A stretch of 64,000 nt of DNA from Chrysomallon squamiferum (taxonomy: Eukaryota; Animalia; Mollusca). Position numbers and translations under genes: made by a program. Shown one piece after another: positions 54,601-64,000 of the stretch; the first letter of the stretch is position 1; the number at the start of each line of letters is the position of its first letter. Location of the stretch: contig CM022671.1 in assembly GCA_012295275.1 (NCBI GenBank), positions 34,968,001-35,032,000 of the forward strand, in the 5' to 3' direction. The notes below the pieces were generated by a model that saw only the letters and a list, made by a program, of their open reading frames with translations, had not been told where the DNA came from and did no database searches.

Positions 54601-55981
54601 AATTTACAGTTAAAATATTAGATGTATTAAAACTGGAAGATGGGATCGTTATTATAGTCTTGTTAAACAAGAGTAGTTTTTAGGATAATATTAGGTTAAA
54701 TACCATCAACATTAGTTAATGTTATGACAGTGTCTAAATCCACATTCAGTCGTTTTCCAATAGCATCAACAATAGCTGAGTCATTGATTGGGTACACTCC
54801 AACATGGTCACCAGCTTCGTACCTGAAAAATAAAAAATAAAACAGAACTAGATTTAGGTAATTAATAATTTAACACAGAATTCTAAAGTTTTATATTTGT
54901 AAATGAATTTTTCAGGGAAAGAATGATTATTTATAAATTTAGTTTAAACTTAATTTTTTTTAATTATATTTGATTTAATTTAACTGTTTTTAAATTTAAC
55001 AATTTCATAAATTTAATATAATTTAATTAATTTATTTTATTTTATTTAACATTTAATTGAACATATCTCTATTTTGTTTACATTTAAATTAAACAAACAT
55101 AATAATGAATTATTATTTTTATGCAAGTTTTATTATATTTTGCTTTTTGTTTTAATAATGCTTAAAATAAAAGTGTTCTGGAATTAAAACCACAGATAGT
55201 TTTTTTATAATTTAGTTTTTCCCTGACCACTATTAAAGTTTTCAAACAGAAAAAACACCTCACCTTAGTTTGGACCCTGTTATATCGAGTTCTATGTGCA
55301 TGCAGGAACGATCACCTCCTTTGTGTAACTCTCTTCTTAGTGTCATAGGAGCAAGAAAAGGATTCTTCATATCAAATGGCCTGATGAGAAAACAGAAATC
55401 TGCTTTAATGTAAACACAAATCAATTTTCTATGATACAGTTGCAATAAAATACTAATTAGGGCTTTTTTTTTGTTGTCGTTTTCTTCTCTATTTTCTTTT
55501 TTTTTTTGTTGTGTTTTATATATACAATTGTAAATTTCTATACATAATTATTTTCCACAGTTAAATGTTGAAATGTTGTAAAAGAGACTAATTATAAGTT
55601 TCCAATTTATTAATTTTAGATCAAATCTTATTAAGTTAAATTAATAAAAATGATTGAGGACTTACGGTTTCTGTGTCCTAAATGTCCCGTATCTGGCCAG
55701 CTCTCCTGTGAAAATTCTCAGATTCTCTTTGTTTTCATGGACTGTCAGACTATACTGTCTCATACTGAAAAGTATAAAATAGCCTGTAGTAAGCAGATAT
55801 AATATGCAATGATACCTTGATTCTCAAATGACTCCCTTGTCAAACAGTTAAGTTGTCAAACTGGAGAAAAAAAATGTCTCTGTTGTTGAACATAAAGTCA
55901 CTTCTCAAACACAGTGTGTGTGTGTATTTTATCCATTTCAGTATCAGACAAGACACTATATATTTTAGCTGTTTCAGTGTG

Positions 55982-56034
<53 letters not shown>

Positions 56035-59000
56035 CCTGACGTCATCTCCTGTTGCTTCCACGCCAAACACCTCACACACTACAGGCCAAAATTTCTCTCT
56101 CCAAGAAACAAAGTCTTCTTCAATGCTGGAAAGAGAAAGAAAAAAATGAATTTATTGTTGACATATCATGCTGTTGATAACACATCAGTATTAATATGAA
56201 ATGCAAAACACATAATAAAAAGAAGAATTAAATTATGCTGCAGGATCTAATAATAACAAAAATTCAAAATGAAAATTCACAGCTTTATGTACCTTTTATT
56301 TTCAAATTGTTTTTTAATTAAGAAAGCAATATAGAGTGGATTTTAACTTTTTTTCCCCACATTTTTTTTATTTTTGTTTTGTCTGATCAAAAGAGCTGGT
56401 AGAAAGGACAAACAGATTGAAAGAAAAATGGGTAGATGGATGAACCAGTGGGTTTCTGAGTAGATCAGTAAGTACTTGTGTACTTGGACTAAGCTGTGAC
56501 CAGATGTACAGTAACAGACTACAGAAGTACAGAGAGTAGATAAATAGATTTATATATATATATATATATGGATGGATGTTTTGGCAGGGGGATGGATGAA
56601 CATATGGATGGATGGATGAATAGACACACAGATGAAAGACAGATGGATGAATCAACTGAAACAAATGAGTGAAAATTTCTCTTACTTGGCATCGTCATCA
56701 CCTTCTCCCAGTTCCATTATCCGAGTTCCTCCAAGTTCCTCTAATCTTTTGTCAACATATCTCCCCATCGCATTGTAATGTTCATAGGTTTTATTACCCA
56801 GACCAAACACCTACAAGTACAGCAATGTAACTGATAAAATTTGCACAGTTCTGCTTTAGTAAACAGAAAGAAAAAAGAAAAATAAACAGAAATACTATGG
56901 CAAGTAATGTCGTTATTAAATACAAATCTATCAACACAAAACTGTAACCTTGTGCAATTATGTCAGCTTATTCTTCACAGTTCATGATATTTTTGAAATT
57001 ACTCAAGTATACTCATTAGAATTTTAACTTGTTTAAGTTTAATTTTCTTATTTATGTCTAAAATTTTAAGCCTTTTCAGTTTACTTTTAGCACATTTAAT
57101 TTTTTTTTTTTTTTTTGTTTTTTCTTTTTTTCTCTTTTTTGTAATGGTGCAAATTCAAATCTTTCTAAAATGTCACTGGATAAATTTTAAATGACTACAA
57201 ACACTGAATGTATCAGCTATGTTTTATTTATGGTGACAGCCAAATAAAACAAAGTTGAGCTACTCACAGCATACTTCATCCCATTGAGCTCACCATCTCC
57301 TGACTGTAACCACTCATAGAATTCCTGGGCGTTGTCAGTTGGGTCACCTTCTCCATATGTGGCCATACAAAAAACAGCAAGAGAATTCTTTATCTCATTC
57401 AGCTGTGCCAGATCCTCCTGAAATCCACAACAAAAAATAAACTCATGTTTAATTCACAGGTTATTGAATTACTGAACATTTATTTAACAAATTTAGTTAT
57501 CTCCTATACTCAAATATTTAAACAGTATCCAAATAAAAAAATAAGAATTGAAAGGTATTATTTACCATTAGTACATTGATGTATCAATTGTTTTTAAGAC
57601 ATTTATTAAAATAGTTGGGTTAATAGGATGGAGAGTAAAAGAAAAACTATACAAACTATTAAAAATGCTAGCTAACTCAACATTAAGAAATGTTTATAGG
57701 CAAACGTTACCACTTCACAATCTTCTGTGTCTGATTTATCATCATGAACCATTTATAACTAAACATTCTTCTGTACATAATTTAACAACTAAACATTACC
57801 ATTTCACATTCTTCTGTACATAATTTAACAACTAAACATCACCATTTCACATTCTTCTGTACATAATGTAACAACTAAACATTACCATTTCACATTCTTC
57901 TGTACATAATTTAACAACTAAACATCACCATTTCACATTCTTCTGTACATAATGTAACAACTAAATATCACCATTTCACATTCTTCTTTACATAATGTAA
58001 CAACTAAACATTACCATTTCACATTCTTCTGTACATAATGTAACAACTAAACATTACCATTTCATTCTTCTGTACATAATTTAACAACTAAACATCACGA
58101 TTTCACATTCTTCTTTACATAATTTAACAACTAAACATCACCATTTCACATTCTTCTGTACATAATTTAACAACTAAACATTACCATTTCACATTCTTCT
58201 GTACATAATTTAACAACTAAACATCACCATTTCACATTCTTCTTTACATAATTTAACAACTAAACATTACCATTTCACATTCTTCTGTACATAATGTAAC
58301 AACTAAACATTACCATTTCACATTCTTCTGTATCTGCAACCATCCCTTTCATCCCATATCGGTTGGCATCCTTTGCCAGACGATTAGCAAACTCCTCTGC
58401 TGTGCCAGTCTGAGAGCCATAGAATACAACAATGTTTCTTCCCTGTTAAATAGACAGCAATATGTATCTTGTTTAAACAAGACACACATATACATACAAA
58501 CACATTCTGAGAGCCATATAACACAACAATGTTTCTTCCCTGTTAAATAGACAGCAATATGTATCTTGTTTAAACAAGACACACATATACATATAAACAC
58601 ATTCTGAGAGCCATATAACACAACAATGTTTCTTCCCTGTTAAATAAACATAGACAGCAATATGTATCTTGTTTAAACAAGACACACATATACATACAAA
58701 CACATTCTGAGAGCCATAGAACACAACAATGTTTCTTCCCTGTTAAATAGACAGCAATAGGTATCTTGTTTAAACAAGACACACATACATACATACAAAC
58801 ACAGTCTGAGAGCCACAGAATACAACAATGTTTCTTCCCTGTTAAATAGACAGCAATATGTATCTTGTTTAAACAAGACACACACACATACATACAAACA
58901 CATTCTGTGTGTCATAGAACACAACAATGTTTCTTCCCTGTTAAATAATTATAGAAGCAATATGTATCTTGTTTAAACAAGACACACATACATACAAACA

Positions 59001-59358
59001 CATTCTGTGTGTCATAGAACACAACAATGTTTCTACCCTGTTAAATAAACATAGACAGCAATATGTATCTTGTTTAAACAAGACACACATACATACACAT
59101 TCTGTGTCATAAAATGTTTCTTCCCTGTTAAATTAATATAGAAGCAATATGTATCTTGTTTAAACAAGACACATACATACATACATACACATTCTGTGTC
59201 ATAAAATGTTTCTTCCCTGTTAAATTAATATAGAAGCAATATGTATCTTGTTTAAACAAGACAAACATACATACTTACACATTCTGCATGTGTTTATGTG
59301 TATGACTACATATATACATACATTACATATGTACATACATACACACACACATATGTAC

Positions 59359-59389
<31 letters not shown>

Positions 59390-60627
59390 TGCATACATAC
59401 ATACATACATACATACATACATACATACATGCCTGCATTCATACATATATAAATTGACTGTACAAATAGTATTTTACAGCAGTATTGCTGCAGGATAAAA
59501 TTTCATTTGAATCTCTTAAGATTAAACATTGCTGAAGTCAAATTGTGTTTCCTGTTATTTGCTGCACAAATGTCACATGAAATCTGACTTCAGTGATTGA
59601 TGGCTAGGCTGAATATTTTGCTTATCTTGTCTGAACTGCTTTGAATTTAACAATAAAACAAATACCTTTTTAATAAGCATTCCAAAAAACCTTGTGATAA
59701 AATATTAATAATACACATACTCTTACTACTTTTTTTTTTTTTTTTTTTTTAATCCTTATAAATCAGTCAGTGGATAAAATGAATGAACATTTACTTAACA
59801 ACAATATGTACATGTATATGTTTACCTTCCCATTGTAACATACACCATGTTTTTTACATACAGTAAACAGAGCATCAGTTAGACTAGGCAACAGTGCAAA
59901 GGGCAGGTTGAAAAGGAATGATCAAGTGACCTATTGTGCATCAAGCAAGAATTTTAACCATGAACATGAACACTGATTTAGAGAATAAAGGTCAAGATTT
60001 CTTAATGCATGTAGCACTTACTGTATTTTTCATTTTGTTAATAAAGCTTGGATCATTAGAGGACTGTACAGATGGCCTGCAATAAAAAGAGAATTGAATA
60101 AAGTTACAATATTTTATAAAAATTTAAAAATTACTTATTCTATAACATGCAGATTTATTAAAAAAAAAAATTAAAATTAAAATTTTTTTATAAAGTTACA
60201 ATATTTTATAAAAATGTTAAAATTACATGTTTTATAACATACAGATTTATACCAAAAAAAATAAAGAGTATAAATTTTCTTCACTGTCAAACATCATTTT
60301 TTTTTTTTAATACGGAAAATGACAGGTAAGCATTCAGAATTCAAGTATCTAAAAGATATGTAAGTATGAACAGAATATTTATCATGAATACTGAATAAAT
60401 TATATGAAAAGTATAAGCGAAAAAAACCAAAAAAAAACCATGTACATAAAAGTGGAATAATTATTTCAAAGAGTAGTAAAACATAGTACTTACGAGACTG
60501 TAAGCTTTTTAAATGTAGGTTGGTCCTGCTTTTTATCTTTGAAGAAAAACCAGTACACAACCAATCCGCCAGCTGCCGACAGAATGAATACATCTAACAA
60601 TGAAAAAATCCCTGTTTCTGTTGACAT
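51654..60627 (-). CDS. POR: NADPH-cytochrome P450 reductase, 662 aa
   Basis: Exons 60494-60627 (membrane anchor LLDVFILSAAGGLVVYWFFF), 60022-60076, 58314-58442 (FYGSQTGTAEEFA), 57268-57417 (ATYGEGDPTDNA), 56686-56810 (FGLGNKTYEHYN), 56036-56125, 55666-55764, 55264-55380, 54704-54822, 53861-54042, 53282-53431 (RYYSISSS), 52814-53078 (IGPGTGLAPFRGF), 52158-52386, 51654-51798 (RYSCDVWS-stop). All phases consistent. Confidence 0.97.
57757..58330 (-). repeat. 43-bp tandem repeat built from the 3' end and splice donor of POR exon 58314-58442
   Basis: Unit (plus strand) AACTAAACAT(T/C)ACCATTTCACATTCTTCTGTACATAAT(T/G)TAAC starting at 57787, 57830, 57873 ... 58258, 58301; the last unit contains the true donor. 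Confidence 0.95.
58410..59265 (-). repeat. About 97-bp tandem repeat built from the acceptor and 5' end of POR exon 58314-58442
   Basis: Acceptor motif TTTAACAG|GG at 58443 (real) and copies at 58540, 58637, 58740, 58839, 58938, 59038, 59125, 59217; each unit contains the palindrome TCTTGTTTAAACAAGA. Confidence 0.95.
60098..60250. repeat. ~92-bp direct duplication just upstream of a POR acceptor
   Basis: TAAAGTTACAAT(A)TTTTATAAAAAT..AAAATTAC...TATAACAT(G/A)CAGATTTAT occurs twice. Confidence 0.75.
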
Positions 60628-62578
60628 CTTGTCAGTTCAGATTTGCTTGATAACAGCAACAACACACCATTGGAGAAGAAAAAAAAAAAAAAAAAATCAT
60701 TAACAACATTATCATTAGGAATTACATGCCTTCGGAAAAAAAGAATAAAATTTTTATTAATATACTTTAAAATATTAAGAATATGCTCAAAGCAAAATAA
60801 CAAAATTATCATTAGAAATGACGACGACATAAAATTAATATTCTTTTAATTTCTTTTTTTCTAAAATAATATGATGACTATAGCTAGAAAAATGTATTAA
60901 CAATAAAAATAAATTCTAATAATAATAATGATAATTTAACAAAAAATAATAAATATTCATTATCGTCATCATGAATGGTTTTAGAAAATAATATATTAAC
61001 AAACAATGTTATCTTGTTTCTGTGTGTCCCAGCAGAAAAGTCTCTGGAAAACACAGGAAGTCACCTGTCAGAAGTTTCCATCAAACAAAAGTAATCTCAA
61101 CTAAGTTAATTAGGCTCGTAATTACAGTACTTATTTACTGGTAGTCAGTGCAAAGGCCAATTTCAGATTTGATTCTGTCATAGCTGGTCCTTTAGTGTCT
61201 TGGGGTGACACGGCATTTTTTTTTAAATGGTTTTCTTTTTTGGAAACATCTATTTTCAGATTTGTAAACAATGACAATTATTTACATAAAATGATAAAGA
61301 ACTAATTTTTAACATAAAATTATTAATTATTATTAATTTATTATTATTATTATTATTATTGTTATTTTTAATTATTTGTTATTATTATTATTTTTAATTA
61401 TTATTATTATTATTATTATTATCACACAAATACTGAAAATTTTATAAAGCTTACAATATTAAACAGCTTTAAATATTAGTTTATTTACATTTCTGGTTAT
61501 ATTTCTGATCTTAGAGTGTGAAGGTTTTATATTTTACACAAAACTATTAATACCAGAACAAAATTATCAGATTTAAAATTTTATGCTTAACTTTTGAAAT
61601 AAAAGTAACTATAGTGATTTTCCAAAAAAAATATAATAATAATAAATAAATAAATAAAAACCACAAACTATGCCACAATTCTTAAATTCCACTGCTCTAT
61701 GGCTTAGCCATCATAGCAAACACTATAACCACATTAACACTTTAATGAGTTCAAAAATAAATAAAATGGAATAAAATGAAACAGATGTTATTTAAATTCA
61801 TCAAATATGCTGATGAAACAATGAATCTGATATGTGTATTCTTTACAGTTTTACAAAATTTTAAATCAATACACTTTGTTCAATAAGGAAGTAGAAAATA
61901 TGGAAATGATATAGGTATTTTGTAAAGTGAAATGTTGACAACACAAATTTGGTAGTATCTTTCATTTCAGTTTGGTCACTAATTGAGAAATACATTACAA
62001 TGATGACTGTCTTTAAATATTAATGCAGATTTGATCCAGTGGAACAGGTGCCACTTTAAATAATCAAAGTTTAGGGTGGAAACTCAGTACCTGTAGTCCA
62101 CTAGCTGAGCACTTCAAGTGATATATTCCATTTCAGTCAGTGACTTGAATTTTGTTATATTTGGGAAAGTAAGACCCTTCTTTCTGAACAATGTGGATAT
62201 TTGATAACTAAAAACATTTTTTGGAAATGCAATTCTCTAATTTTCTTCTTTTTTTTTCTCTTTTTTTCATTATAAAATAAATTAAAATTTTAAATTAATT
62301 TGTCTTTTAACAATTAAAGGGTTAGCAATATTTCTCTTATAAAGAAATAATATAATTAATATATAGAAAAGTCTTCTTGTTCATATGATATGGCATCTAT
62401 TTAATTTGACTGTTTTAGTCATAAATGTATATATATCTACATTAGATAGCATTTAATAATTATAATACATATCATAATGTTGTATGAATATATAATCAGT
62501 GTTAAATTAGCCAGTATTTTTAAATTAATACAAGAACAAAATACAGTATTTTATCAGTTGTATAACTTTCCAACTTAC

Positions 62579-62830
62579 ATCCAGAAGTTAAGTCGATTAG
62601 AGGCAGGTGGATTATTTAAAGTTGTAAACTTTGTCGTGCGTGTCTTCTGGCACGAAAACAACGAACGTTGTCTACTAGCACCGACAGGCGACACTAATAA
62701 CTGTTTCCGATTGTCTACGCAGAAAAACCTTTTCTCAATAATTACAGTTTTACACCTGATTTCACAGTAATATCCTAACTTGTGCCAAAAAGAGTGACAC
62801 TTTAAGAAATGACTAACACTGACCCACTAA
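62579..62830 (-). other. POR: Probable non-coding first exon of POR (5' boundary approximate)
   Basis: CpG-rich segment about 2 kb upstream of the POR ATG, ending at a consensus donor AT|GTAAGT; mammalian POR also has an untranslated exon 1. Confidence 0.55.
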
Positions 62831-62899
62831 CTCAGTTTGCTGGGTCATAGTATCATTGAACCTTTCATAGTCAATAACCTATAGACTGGATTTAGGTGA

Positions 62900-63260
62900 T
62901 AACGTCACATAAGACAAAGCGCAACATCAGAGTAGAGACCGGTTGGGAATTGTTGACCCTAAGTGATGTGGTTCCACGTCAGAGACTGTCGTTTTGTTAG
63001 ATAGTCAACCTTTTATTCTTTTTCACTTTTCTTTATCCCATTTTGGTGAAGAATGTTAGCAGGCTTAATATTTAAAAAATGAATAATAATAATAATAAAA
63101 ATAATAATATGATGTAAAGTTCCTGTATTTAATTAAAGAAAATGAAATGAATACTCTTAGTTACTAAGAGTCTGCTAATGGTGAGAGAACGAAGGTATTC
63201 ATGAAGAATTATAATAGTAATAAAATATATTTTATTGTTAATGTTTGACGTCAGAGATAT
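62900..63260 (-). promoter_or_regulatory. Putative POR promoter with CRE/UPRE-type motifs
   Basis: TGACGTGG on the minus strand at 62974-62981 and palindromic TGACGTCA at 63246-63253, in a CpG-enriched region upstream of the putative exon 1. Confidence 0.4.
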
Positions 63261-64000
63261 TTGTGAACATTGCAATGGCCGCTATCGTGGATGAAAAACC
63301 AATGGTACCGCAGATTTTTAATGTTTTCATCCAATTAGAAAAATGACTGTATTATTATATCTGGGAAGCTAAATTGCCAAAAGTCGGTACATCTGTCAAA
63401 ACTAATACAGATTGATTAAAGCTATACATGTACTGATTTTTTTGGTAGTAGTATATAAAAATATATATATAACAATCATTTAAACTTTATCGGTAACAAC
63501 TGATGATGAGTTTGTTGTAGTTTTTTATTATTATTATTTTTTTTTTTTTATATGACAACTTTAAAACTTTCGGCTGACGAAAATCGTAGATTAGGTACGC
63601 TACATACGTGAATATCCTTTTTGTTTTCAGAAAATATTACGAAATCATATATCAAAAATAAAACAATTTTTTTAAAAAGAAATAATACCAGAAGAGAATA
63701 ACATCAACATATACTGTATTTCATGTGCCTAACTTATTTTAAAAACTGATTTGATATAATCAACATTAATTTTTGGTGCTTCCATTCCTTCTCTCTCTCT
63801 CTCTCTTTCCTTGATTTAGATTCAGAGTTTGGATTTTTTGTGTCGTAAAAAGTATAAAGAACAATAATAATAAAAATTAAAAAAAAAACACCCAAAATCC
63901 AAAACAACAACGACAAAACAAAACAAACATTAACAAATAAATAGATTAATCAGAGATAGATAGAGAGGTTTATAGAACGTTTATGTTGATGATGATGAGA

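Noticed and set aside
58349-58927. Cys-rich ORFs
   Set aside because: Read-through translations of the ~97-bp repeat units.
57757-59265. CRISPR-like appearance of the regular repeats
   Set aside because: Units are head-to-tail with no unique spacers, derive from the flanking POR exon, and lie in a eukaryotic intron with no cas genes.
63734-63916. 60-aa hydrophobic ORF
   Set aside because: Low-complexity T-rich and AG-repeat sequence with a non-ATG start; the true POR anchor exon is 60494-60627.

Overview
AT-rich, microsatellite-laden animal genomic DNA (probably a lophotrochozoan such as a mollusc; taxon is an inference). I reconstructed four spliced genes by hand from GT-AG boundaries and exon phase. 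(1) MYO18A-type unconventional myosin XVIII, minus strand, from a KE-rich/PDZ first exon at 30094 through motor-domain exons to 194, continuing off the window. (2) RNF185/RNF5-type RING E3 ligase, minus, 35207-38816. (3) RMND1, plus, 40036-47120, head-to-head with RNF185. (4) NADPH-cytochrome P450 reductase POR, minus, 51654-60627, with a probable non-coding first exon ending at 62579. The most unusual pattern is repeated 'splice-site echoes'. The FMN-loop exon of POR is flanked by 12 extra copies of its own donor and 8 extra copies of its own acceptor, several forming in-frame 42-nt pseudo-exons separated by hairpin mini-introns. A MYO18A acceptor is echoed about 5 times, and POR carries two older single donor echoes. 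The 20-kb first MYO18A intron holds candidate alternative first exons that end in phase 0, including a roughly 1.5-kb Ser/Arg-rich exon, plus a 13-nt-periodic AGGTA cluster. Two apparent frameshifts in MYO18A may be assembly indels.
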